Made by a program: the position numbers and the translations under genes | Notes under the pieces: model-generated | Database searches by the model: none | Seen by the model: the letters and a program-made list of their open reading frames with translations, nothing else | What the model was told of the DNA's origin: nothing | Shown here: one piece after another, positions 14,427-26,500 of the stretch | Position numbering within the stretch: the first letter of the stretch is position 1 | Layout: each line of letters begins with the position of its first letter | Source of the DNA: Auanema rhodensis | Lineage: Eukaryota; Animalia; Nematoda | NCBI GenBank assembly: GCA_964057225.1 | Contig: OZ059898.1 | Coordinates: forward strand, 16,430,001 to 16,494,000 | DNA: 64,000 nucleotides | Direction of reading: 5' to 3'

Positions 14427-14918
14427 TTAAAATTGTTTTTTGCGGAGTTTTGACCATAATCCTTGATTTTTGTTAGATCTGGTTTCTTCAACAGAGTTTG
14501 CATCGAAATTGTCATATTTTTGTATATCTGAATTGAATTATGTAAGCAACGGATTTTGTCTTACCTTTAACATGTGTAGCCAGGTAACGCAAATTATTAA
14601 GAAAAATTCGGAAAACTTCAGGATCACGATCCAAGAAAAACTAAATACAATAGCTACGATTGTTATAAAATCTGTCTTACTGCTCCTTCATTATCACGGA
14701 GAGGCAATTGTTTTCCCTCAGCTTTGTCATCGAGTAGAACAGAGAAAGAATCAAATATCTCATTTGATCTGTCGATGAGCAATGTTCGAAGTGTCGTGGC
14801 GAATCTATACGATAAAATATGCTCAAAATAAAACAATAGCTTTTAACTTGACTCCTCCAACATTAAGGTGAATTATATCATTTAGTTTATAAGTGGTTTT
14901 CATATTCGTATCCTCCAT
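14427..14918 (-). CDS. Small stand-alone BTB/T1 (KCTD-type tetramerisation domain) protein, 4 exons; absent from the ORF track
   Basis: Spliced frame MEDTNMKTTYKLNDIIHLNVGGVK|FATTLRTLL...RDNEGA|FFLDRDPEVFRIFLNNLRYL...KLRKKQF*. LNVGG and FLDRDP..F..L..LR are BTB_2 hallmarks. Confidence 0.85.
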
Positions 14919-15247
14919 GAAGTTTAATGATATGCGCGTACAATCAACTAGACAAAAACAGTTGAAGAAAAAAAGATAAAGCTTAATGTAAAATATTTAT
15001 TACAACATAAATATTCGATTTTGGTATAGAATATAGTAATTCAAATGATATAAGAAGCCAATTCCAAAGTATAAATTCTCTACTGAATCTGTACTTGAGA
15101 TCGTGACACTTTTAAATTATAAGTGGAGTTTACATTGTGACTCACCTTGAGGCCAAAATGTTTTTTCCAGCTAATTGTTCATTCAAAATATTTAAAATTT
15201 TTGATTGTAAAAGTTTATTTCGATGAAAACAACAATTAAATACATTT

Positions 15248-16142
15248 TTATACCCTCTCTGGGCATGGACAATAACCAGCATCTGGTCCTGGCTTGCCGT
15301 CAGGTCCTTTAGATCCATTAAGGCCTGGCTCTCCTCTCTTTCCTGGTTGTCCTGGATGGCCTGGATAACCTGGGCGTCCCTGCTCTCCGTCCAGTCCGTT
15401 TTCTCCATCTTTTCCTGGCTCTCCAACTGGTCCCCTCTCTCCAGATGGTCCTTGACGTCCTGGGAGTCCGTCTTTGTATTGAACACCAACTTCTCCAGCA
15501 GCTCCTTTTGGCCCTTCACGTCCTGGATTTCCGGCTGGTCCTTCGTCTCCAACCTCACCGGGTTCTCCTCGTGAACCAAGATTTCCTGGGGGTCCCTTGT
15601 TTCCTGGATGACCGATTCCTCCGACTGGTCCTGCTGGTCCTGGAAGTCCACGTGGGCCAGGTGGTCCTGCTGGACATTTGATACAAGCTCCATTAAATTC
15701 ATGATCAACAAGGACAGCATTTCCAGAAAGTCCTGGTGCACCATCTTCTCCGTCTGGTCCTGGTGATCCATTTTTACCAGGAGCACCTTGTGGTCCTGCA
15801 GGACCAGCTGGACAGCCACGAGCTCTAGCCTCACAGTTGCATTGATCAGAATTTCTCTTGTTACGGCCAACCAAAGCATTGAAAGAGCTTGCCACCTTCT
15901 TTGGTTCGGATAGTGGGTTCGCACGAACTTCCATTATATTAATCCAGGTTTCTTCAGTGACGACCTGAATTTAAAAAATGCAATACATTTATTGAACAAG
16001 AGTTTACCTTAAATTCTTCCATTCCTACAGTGATACCATTCTGCAATTCATTAATATCAGTAATAATAATTCCAACGGTAAACAGGGCGGTAAAAGTAGC
16101 AACAAGTGCTAATCCAGAAGACGCACCAACAACCAATGACAT
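15248..16142 (-). CDS. Nematode cuticle collagen
   Basis: N-terminal hydrophobic col_cuticle_N region, RNKR furin site, CNC...CPAGPAGPQG, Gly-X-Y repeats, and C-terminal DAGYCPCPERV. One coding intron. Confidence 0.95.
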
Positions 16143-16245
16143 CTAGATGAACAGCATTGAAATAAATAAATATAATTTGAAAAACTCACGTTGATTATGC
16201 GGCTAAGGCTGAAGCTGTTCAGAATAGATTTCTCGCCTTATATAG
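16143..16245 (-). promoter_or_regulatory. Collagen TATA box (CTATATAA, 16238-16245) and 5'UTR intron (16143-16189) ending immediately before the ATG
   Basis: Minus strand reads CTATATAAG ... C|GTGAGT...CTAG|ATG. Confidence 0.6.
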
Positions 16246-16765
16246 GAACATTATTAGAGGATCGTAATTAAAAAAATCAAATCCGGTCTATATTGATAAA
16301 GCAAATGGAATGAAAACTCGATTACAAACAGCAATTTGTTAAAAAACACTTGTATCTTCCTTAGATAGCTGAGAGCGATATGCATATAAAAACATAGACC
16401 TGATTTTTCAAGCTTCAATATTGTTTTGGAATTCGACAGACTTACCTGCATATCCTTAAATGCCAGTTCATGAGTTCATATTTCGCTGAGAGAACACAGT
16501 AAATGTTAAAGATTCATAAATAAAATGTTACTACAGTCACAACATAGTTACAGCATTATATATAAACATTCGATGCTATGGATTAATTTGCTTTCATTTT
16601 GATAATATCTTTCAAATCATATACAAATCGATTCAAATGTATTGAATAGAACAGCTTGTAATTTATTTGAACAATTATTTGTAAACTGATTCTCATGTAA
16701 TAATGTGTTAATCCTGTTAATGTCTGTTCTATTACTAACTGTTAATCAATTGTTTATATCCGATA

Positions 16766-18482
16766 AAGTGTTGACGCACCTTTTTGCCCAAAAGCGATTT
16801 TCTGCATTTTTCAGCCATTTTCATGCTTTCGCAAAGCAAAAATATGTCTTAGCTAACGGAAAACTCGTCCTTTTTGAAAATCCTCAATTTTGAACTCTTT
16901 TCACAGGTCTGGGAAAACTGGGCAAAAATCTGCGTCAGGGTATTTCTCACAATTCCACAATTTTTGATATTTCAATCTTTTCAATATTTTTGAAGTTATT
17001 AAATGATCACACTTAGTCTCCAAAAAGACCTGAAATCTCTGAACAATATTGACCTTCTGAGTAGTATCTTTATCACAATTATAAATATGTCTCGCCTGCA
17101 CTTATGGTTCGAGTGCGGGCCACAGGTCCGAGTACGTTCTGCTTTTTTTAAATTGTCTGCTCGGTAATAACTTTTGCTCATTAGATAACGTACAAATAAT
17201 TTACAAAGCTCTATGTTTAAAAGAACAAATTTAGGACATAAATTCCCTCGTGCCGACTTCGAATTCGGTGGCCCGAAGGCTATGTCGTCTAAGTGTTGAC
17301 AAGGCCAAATGTCAGTTGGCAACGGAAACTGCGAACGATATTCTCGAAGAATTGACGAACTAGAGGTATCCTCAAAACCCCCCGGAATCATCCAAGCGCC
17401 TCACTTGTGGGCATCTATTGTTCCTCTGCCTAGACACGTAAGTTCATTTGTTTCTCTAGTTAGAGATGACGAAGTGATCGCTTCCGCAGGAGAGAAGGTG
17501 CTGCTGCTTTCTAGCGCAGTCTTGTTGATCTTAGTAGTAGTAGTAGCGTTACCTAAGCGAGTGCTGATATACTCTGAAATTATGAATTTATATACGTATA
17601 CAACAAACAGTATAAGAAGATTTGAGAGGGAATATGAACAATTTTATAATAGTTGCCTCTAATATAAGAATATAATATGTGTGGTTATTACGAAACAGCC
17701 ACCAGATTGAATTAAAAAAGCGAAGAGTTCTTTCACACAAACCGATCCAATTCTAGAGGGAAAGTGAATGTCTCCTCTTGACACTCTGTTCACAGGTACA
17801 TAGAGAGACGACAAGAATATTTCTAATTATCATTATTTTATTTTAAAAATGATTCATTTGTTTATTCTAATGATAAGCATTGCTCATGAAAATAATGAGA
17901 TTGAAACTAATATTCATTAAAAATTAAACCAAAGAGAATGCAACTTTTTGAAAATCACAAGTTTCAAGCATTTTCAAAACTAGAAGACAGTATTAACCAC
18001 AATTATGCGTACCAAACTCTTGTATTTGAAATGTGGAACATTCAATTATATTATCTTCTTCACCCTTATTTTTGATATAATTTATAATTTCTCCAGGTAG
18101 ATCTAACCCAAAAGAATCGAAGAAATAACTTTTTTCATGTTTCTTTTTCACCTCGGAAGTCTTTAATTTTCAACTTTTTCACGAGCTCTTCGAGCTCAAT
18201 ATTGTTCAGAGATTTCAGGTCTTTTTGGAGACTAAGTGTGATCATTTAATAACTTCAAAAATATTGAAAAGATTGAAATATCAAAAATTGTGGAATTGTG
18301 GGAAATACCCTGACGCAGATTTTTGCCCAGTTTTCCCAGACCTGTGAAAAGAGTTCAAAATTGAGGATTTTCAAAAAGGACGAGTTTTCCGTTAGCTAAG
18401 ACATATTTTTGCTTTGCGAAAGCATGAAAATGGCTGAAAAATGCAGAAAATCGCTTTTGGGCAAAAAGGTGCGTCAACACTT
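16766..18482. mobile_element. Non-autonomous DNA transposon (Tc1/mariner-like TA target) with ~290-bp terminal inverted repeats
   Basis: 16763-17052 is the reverse complement of 18196-18485 with one visible mismatch. Ends read TA|AAGTGTTGACGCACC...GGTGCGTCAACACTT|TA. No transposase motif recognised inside. Confidence 0.9.
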
Positions 18483-19459
18483 TATATAATACTTTTCTAG
18501 ATATATTAGTGATTACTTAGATCAAATCTTGGTTTGAAATAAGAATCAACTTCAAGGCCCCAAAATAAAACTTTAATGATACTGAAAATTCTATTGCTGA
18601 ATGAATCAATAATTATTATTTCATATTAGTTTGATGATTTAGTTCCGATTGATTCATGCACTTAACCACGTGACTAGGCATAAAGTGTATGTTGCTACAA
18701 TTCTTCATTGTTTTTTGTTCTGCGTGATAACCTTTCATGTTTTTTATATATCAGATAAGTTCAAATTTCTATGTACGTGCTCTATTTCCCCTATTTCATA
18801 TTTTATATCTCAAATATCTCCGCCTCAAGATGGTCAACAATCAAAGTCTTTTTCAACTTATAGCTTCTTTGGTCATCACTTGACGCAGCAGCATAGCAAA
18901 GAACATTTTTCTATACATTTGACAAGATTTACGTGAAGACTTTTGTGGCCTTCTATTATTTTTTCAACTCAGAACATGCTGACAGGAAATATTCAATTGC
19001 AACATTTTCCCGTTCATTTTCAGGGTATAACAACAATTACATTTGACACTTTGGAGCTACCAACGTTTCGGTTTCAAGCAAATAAATGCACTCTACAAAT
19101 CTTTTATAGAATATCACAAAGATTTCCATTTCGAAACCGTCCAATAAAATCCCTCTTAGTTCTCCCTGTCCCGACTTGCTCGTCCATTTTTGGACAATCG
19201 CCTATTGTGAAGATTCGTCTTCTGTTAGCACACTTCTTCCCACCATTAGGTCATGTCTATATAAACATCAGTAAATGCATTTGGTCTTCACATCTCGTCT
19301 ATACAAAGACTACGTCTACTGACAGTTCGTCACTTTAACTTAGTCTCTGTGAAATAACATTATGTTTCCGCTACCATTCTTTTAAACATATTTTCCCACT
19401 AATTTCAGACCTACCTATTTAAATCTAAATAAATCAAAAATAAAGTCAGATCAGATAAG

Positions 19460-20041
19460 ATGCGTTTCATGGTTTTTGCCTTGTTAGCCTTATCAGTTGG
19501 TTCGTATGCCAGACCACCTTCAGTTAGAGAAGTATTTTTCAATGCTTTTGACCACAATACAACTTCAACAGAATCCCCACCCGGTGTTCCTGATATGTTT
19601 GAAACTAAAGTGACTTCTGAATCCTAGGCAATTATTATCAATAAATTCATAGATAAACGAAGTAGCTGGACTTAGCTGTGATGTGTGTTTAAATGCAGTA
19701 TATGGCCTTAACTATAACGTAATCAAACTTAAGGTAAGCATTCCTGATTTGAATAAGTGCAAAATTAGTTTTATTAGAATACTGCTGAAGAAATGATCAA
19801 GCTAGATTGCGAAGCCCTCTTCCATGGACAATCAGAAGATATCGCTCAATGCATCAGAATCATGGTTGAAAAGATTGAACATTATTATGACAAGGTAAAA
19901 TACTTTTTGAGAGTTGTTTGTAGTATTATATTTAAGGTCGAGTCTATGATTGAAACGCGCAAATTATGCGTCAAATTGAAAATGTGTGCTGAAGAAGATG
20001 CAGCGTCTGTTCAAAGCAAATCAAATTTCATTACTTTTTAA
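19460..20041 (+). CDS. Secreted saposin-B-like protein (SAPLIP/spp family), 4 exons
   Basis: Signal peptide MRFMVFALLALSVGSYA; six-cysteine pattern CDVC...C...C...C...C. Confidence 0.85.
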
Positions 20042-20365
20042 TCAAATTATTTTGTACTAAGATATTATTTATGATTTTCTTGATTTTTCTAACTGTTACG
20101 CTCAATAAATTAATTTTAAAAAATTGTGAAAGGTTTCCAACAATTAGAAGTAATTTGAAATACATGAAATTTACTATGGATAAGTTTATACTTCTCCATA
20201 GAATGGTACTCACGAGAAAGGCGCCAGTATTACTCGTTGTCTAGAGAGCCATGGTTTTCAAAATATTTTAATGAAATTTCTTTGAAGTTCGAGTTCCTGT
20301 TTTCAATTGTTATAAAGATATGTTACATCGGATAATGAATACTAGCATTTTCTTTAGAATCTATT

Positions 20366-21312
20366 ATGGGTAGACGATCGCCTGATTACAGAGACAGAAG
20401 TCCGGGAAGGTAAACGTATTTTATTACACAAGTGTTAGTAGTAATCGAGAATATTCTAATATACTGAAAGTGATAATTGATATATGGAAATTTTTAAATA
20501 CAATATTGGATTATTAATATTTATTTTATTTTATTTTCTTCCTTGTTCGCTTTTTCTAATTTAGTTTTTAAGAAGACGTCACGGACACGATTACTACAAG
20601 GATGAAAGGACAAAGTTTTTTTTTTTCTAGTAGCGTTGACATTTTTGTTCTTTAGAGAGTATGGTCGTCAAGAGTCGCACAAGGTATTGAGCTAATATTT
20701 CTATTCCAAATCTAGGAATTACTAGGTGGAAGATCTGAAAAAACACATGAGAGAACAGCTAAATTCAATAACGCCTAGTTCAAGTCGTAACATAACTAAC
20801 AATCACGGTTTTTCATTTTGGCAATTCTTATATGGCAATTATATTTTAGAACTCGAGGAGGATTTAACTCCTGCACAAAGGCAAGTGCGAATGCGTCAAA
20901 TGGAGTTGATCGAAGATGGCGCATTCAAACAACAAAAATTTAACTCTACATTTGGTAGTAAGAATAGCAAAAAAGTATTATTGTAATTTTATTTTCTTTA
21001 TAATGTCTCTATTCAGAAATATCAAATGAGTCGTAGTGAGAAGTTAACAGCTTTCGAAGATAAACGCGATCAATTGTTGTTTGGGCCTACCACCAAGCCG
21101 CAAGAGGGCACTAAAATGGAAAAAGTTGAACAAATAACAGTGCCTACTTTAACGTGTTTACCTAAAGAAGCTTCGATATTAGTGCACCCAAATGTAATTG
21201 CAGTTCTCGTCTTTTGTTTCATCTATAGTTTCAGTTTTTGACCGATGTGGAAATCAAACAGAAGGATTGGAAAGAACTATGGGAGAACCAACGTCGAACT
21301 CTAGGATTTTAA
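20366..21312 (+). CDS. RSRC1/SRrp53-like small Arg/Ser-rich nuclear protein
   Basis: Arg-rich N-terminus (MGRRSPDYRDRSPGRRR). C-terminal IEDGAFKQQKF...LVHPN|F...W...W resembles the RSRC1 C-terminal motifs as I recall them. Six exons joined by GT-AG. Confidence 0.6.
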
Positions 21313-21562
21313 CTACTATTTCTATACTTATGTAACTTATTTAACTATGCTGTATTTTGTATAACTATCAACCAATCTTCAATGAATTGTTATGCATATT
21401 TATAAAACGTCATGGAAAATTATAATAAGAGAACAAAAAATAAATGTACTAGAATCAGCCGAATCAGCTTTCGACATGACGCGCGATGAAGTAAGCAAGG
21501 GTTAAAAAGATTAGAAAAGTTAATACTTTACAATTCATGATTAGGTGAGTGGGAATGAGCAA

Positions 21563-23554
21563 TTACTTCTTGAACTTTTTTGCTGCTTTTGCTAAAAGTC
21601 TAGCTTTTTCATCATTTAGATTTCGGATCTCAGTTTCCAGATGTTGTAATTCATACTTACAGTGATCCTCTATTTCACGTGTTCTTACGTTTAACTGAAA
21701 TAGTTTTAAGATAATATTATTCTGGCATTTAATGAAACAAACCGCTTCCTCCTTTTGCCTTAATTCTGCTTCCTTTGTATCCAACTTCTTTTGATATTCA
21801 TCACGAAGTTTTTGTTCCCTTTTAGCGATATCATCATTGTATTCTTTCTGTTTCTAAAATAAAATTGCTACATGATACTTGTATAGAAAATTTACTGCTG
21901 TAAAAGCTTCTATTATCTTAGGCCCAGAGTCCGCATCACCCATTCGCATAGATCGCAACCTGTCCCTTCGATAATTTTCGTACAAAATCTTTAAAATTTT
22001 AAAATAGTATAATATTACAAAAATATAAAATACATTATGTGTACGCTCCCGCATAGCATCAACGTTCGTTCTAAGCAAAGCTTCCCTCAGCTTTACAAAG
22101 TCACAATGTTGCTCATTCTCAACTAAAAATCAAGTGTATTATAAGAATATAAGAAGGAATTACCTTCAACAATTCCCCATGGATATTTTCTTGCACGTAC
22201 CATTAGCCCATTCTCCTTCTTTATAAAATCTCCACTACCCACAACAGCAAAAGGTAGAGCTGTGTTCATTAATGTATTAACTTGACTTACCTATAAAAAT
22301 GTAATAAAAAAATATATTATAGATTTAAACTAACTGTTTCGTCGTCTGTCGGAAACTGATAGATTTCAATTTTATGATTTCGGAGCTCACTCATGATCTA
22401 TCAGACATATATATATATTTCCAATCATTTTTCTATACAAACCTTCTGTTTGAAACGCATCAATTCATCCTTGCAAGTAGTATCTGATTTAGCTATTACA
22501 GGGATTACATTGACTCGCTTAGCGAGCTCACGAAGAGTCACCAAGTCTAGAGCTTTTAAGCTGCAAACAAATAGGGTTAAAATGAAAATATTAACAAATC
22601 TAAAGAATTTATCTAACACATTCAACAGCACCATTGTGCTAGATGAAAAAAATGGGTTGAGGCCAAAGGTAGTAGGCGTATACGGAGATGAACTCTCGAT
22701 AAAGATCATGAGAAGTTAAGGAATGTCGAGGAATAAAGATATAACATCTACGCCCGCATATAAATACAGAAATGCAACCAAGACTTACCCATGTCCCGTA
22801 GGGGAAATAAAATAGAGGCAAGCATGAATACGAGAATCATCGAAGAATCTGAACAAGTTACGGCGAACCTATCAATAAGAATTTGTTCAATAACGTATCA
22901 GTTTGTAAACAAACTTTTAACTCTTCCTGAAGATATTTTTCAAATTGCAATTCTAAATAGTCAACAATGACCTTAGCGCTGTAAAAAAATAATTTAGGGC
23001 AATTATAAGGAATATACCTCTTTTCTTTATCCAATTGGTCTCCGAAGCCAGCAGTCTCAACAAGTCTCAATTTGACTCTTATGCCCCCTTCCGAAACATC
23101 TGAATAAGAAAAATATATAATAATAATTTTTCATATTGAGCATCATACCATAAGTCTTGGTTCGTAATTCAACTGTTTTGAGTTCGTGGTTGCAAGGCTC
23201 AAAATCTAATTTCATATTGAAAAGAGACTCAATCAATGTAGTTTTCCCCATGCCAGTCTCTCCCACACACATCAAATTAAATTGGAAACTTAAGAAAAAC
23301 AGAATATGCGAGAAATCTGGAGTCAAATTACCCAGCTTCAACAGACTTTTTCACTAGTTGATGAGGAAGTGAATCAAAACCAACATGCCCATTTAATTCA
23401 AGAGTTCTACCTAGTTTTTCTTCCTTTTTATTCGGAATTGGCGACCGCAAACCAGCAGGAACTGGAGGAGGGGCCTACAACAGTATGATATTTACTCGCG
23501 CAAACTGAATGGTTTATTTACAGTATGAGGCTTTCTTGTTTCTACTTCTGTCAT
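21563..23554 (-). CDS. unc-61: Septin, SEPT6/11 group
   Basis: [30 protein letters not shown] (P-loop), [27 protein letters not shown], and a C-terminal coiled coil. Confidence 0.92.
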
Positions 23555-26500
23555 TTTAAAGTTAATTTCTTCCTGAGTAACTGAAAAAAATTTAGTAATT
23601 ACTTCAAATTACAAAACATATATCTATAATTTATTAAAAAACTATAATTAAAATACTAACTCTTGTAGTCAAGATATATGGTTTGAAATAAATATATTGG
23701 CGCCTGAATTATAATTGGAGCGCGTATACACTAATATACCAAATGTATGGCATATATTTTAAATGTATTGTGACAGCTTCATTCCGATGTTAAAATAGTG
23801 TTTTCTTTATCGATAATACTCTACAAATAAGATATGACAACCATTTTTCAACATATTAAGAATTATTCCAGTTTAATATTTAAATTAAAATTTAAAACTT
23901 TTATGCATTCTGTGGCTTGAAGTTACGGTAGTAATGTCCATTGCTTTCAAATATTTTCGTGCTGACAACATCGTATGCTCTGAGTTAAAAGTTGTGTTTC
24001 TTTGGTTAACAAATATAATTTTGAACAGATATTTAATCGCTTCAAATCAAGTTTTAATTATTCCTTTCGAATATGTTCCTGAGGCGGAAGCGCTGTTCAG
24101 TTGCGTTTTTAAATCATTAATAAATTTTTTGTAATTATGCATAGATATTCATACACATAATCATATATTTTTTTGGAGTTCAACGACAGTCTCTCAAACA
24201 GATTCTATAGTTTCAACGTATTATCAAAATAATGTTTTTGTTACATATAGCGTTACATAAAGCAAGGATAACGTAAATTTAAGCATTAAATTTTTTTTGT
24301 TGTCTAAATATGATTTTGAACAGATTATTCATGACAATTAATGATATTATCAGTTAATCTTAAAACATAAATTTGAACTCTAACTTCCTTAACAAATCAA
24401 ACATGTTAAGGTGTAATATTTAAAAAACAGTTGGAAAAGAATGAATGGGAATGAATATGTTTGTTGGAATTTTCATTATAGTTGTTAATATTGTACACAT
24501 ACAACCTATTGTATATACTCTCTGATATTTATGAAACAGATGTGGTTCCGAAGAGACGGACAATTTGATAACCGGACCAGGATCTCAACCCAGCCCTAAT
24601 ACGTTTTCATGCGAATCAGAAATATGCATGTATGTATATGACTATAAATACGATTGTGCTCTCCGTTTATTCTATTCAAACGGTAAATCTTTAGCTAATT
24701 ATGTGCCAGTTTTATGTTGCAAACTGCAAACAATTAGAAACCTATTGAAGAATTTCTAGCATTATGTCCCACGCAAGTTCGCAATCAAAAGAACGACTTA
24801 ATACGTTATGCATTATATATGGAAATAATTAATAAAATGACACGATGTAAAGGATGTAATGATAGATCTCTTTCAAGATATCAAATACAATTCTGATTTG
24901 CCTTCATTAAGTATATTGAAGTTGTTAAGTGATGTAGAATGCAACAAGAGCGAGAAAGGTGTCACATAATCCATGAATAGAAGAATGATCATGTATGATA
25001 TATATTTATATATATATGTATATATAAATTAGGAAATATAATTGTACATTTTTTGATATTTGATATTTTCTGATATTGAAGAATATTATTCATATAGGAT
25101 ATGTATACGAAATGATGATATAAGAATCTTGTTAAATGACATCTTAGATGAAAAATGATCATGCCGATCCCTAATATAGAATAATATATCCTTCATGTAT
25201 TTATTACTTAATGCTTTAATGAGTAAGATAAGTCAAGCTAAGTAACGAATCAAACAAGCTTATTATATAGAATAAATAGATTGTATACCCTAATCATCTT
25301 GCTTCTCATAATTATTATATGAAAAGTCTTTCTTAAACTTACAACAGTACATGGCAATTAAGAAAGAATTAGGAACTTCATACGGTTAGTGCTATATCTG
25401 ATTCCACTGCTAACTAAACTAACCATAATCCCGCTAACAAGATGGAATATATATACTCAGATTAATATGACCTCCAATCTAGTTAATCATAGAATAGAAT
25501 GAACTAATAATCATAATCCCCTGATTAGTGTTCATTCATTTTTTTATTCATCAAACATGATACATACATGAATTGACAGACGGTTATATACAGCCCCAAT
25601 ATTTTATTATTCAACTGTTATCATCATCTTCTTTATTTCAAACCTTGTCATCGTCGCCGGCTTCTATTTTCAAGATGTTCTCTTGTATCCTCATCATCTT
25701 TTCAGCCTACTGAGAATAATATATTGGATTTATTCTACTGTAGCCAATCAGGCCTACAATAGGGAATTGTAATATGGAAGAATTGATGATAACAGACACG
25801 TTATTTCATGAGCTCAACATGAATATAGTCAACGATTCACAAATTTTAAGCCCAAATTGTATCAAGCTTATGTAATGCATGCATAATTCTCTAGAGAGAT
25901 AATCGACTCTTCTATTCCTTATAATGCTGTCAAGTTGACAGCAATGACAACATTGGGGCAACTTGCTAGCAGCAAATACCGTATTCTTATGTTTATAGCT
26001 TTGTATTTTACGAATTTCTTAACTGTATCCGGAAGGCTTAAAAGTCGTGAAGTAAGGTAACGTCACATTAGGGCATGACCTATGATTGATGCTGTATACT
26101 ATATGAGCGGAGTATAACCACAAGCTATGAAAGAGTGACTCACAGGGATGTGAGAGCTATCGGCTCCTTTTCATTAATTAAAAAAATATTATTCACTTTT
26201 TGATATTTTAAAAAGACCCATGGGCATGACGAAAAGTCAGATTTTCAAAAACGTTTGGTAATGAGTTGTTAATGCGACCAGGAAACGGAAAAGAGAATAT
26301 TATTGAGAATAGAAGAAGAATTTTAAGAATATTGTTCAACATAAAAGAATACGAATTAGTAGTAGTTTTCTACAGAATCCTACTTTAAAATATTAAAGCT
26401 GTTTGTCATTTTGGCTTTTGTTTCCAATTTAGTGGCTTCATTATTTGCAGCTAATTGTTTCGCTGTTCTTTTCTTATGAAAAAGAACAGAGAAAATAGAA

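Noticed and set aside
14726-14778. Nested hairpin TCATCGA/TCGATGA with ATCAAAT/ATTTGAT
   Set aside because: It lies within a coding exon of the BTB gene on the minus strand; likely coincidental.
15142-15924. 260-aa alternate-frame ORF and antisense ORFs over the collagen
   Set aside because: Artefact of stop-poor Gly-X-Y codon repeats.
17098-17120. GGTTCGAGT B-box/T-loop-like motif
   Set aside because: No cloverleaf or A box; it is inside the transposon interior.
18649-19338. Two plus-strand ORFs (95 and 131 aa)
   Set aside because: No recognisable domain, non-ATG starts and no consistent splice structure.
26060-26170. Two hairpins separated by ATACTA (H/ACA-like)
   Set aside because: No terminal ACA box and only short stems; insufficient support.
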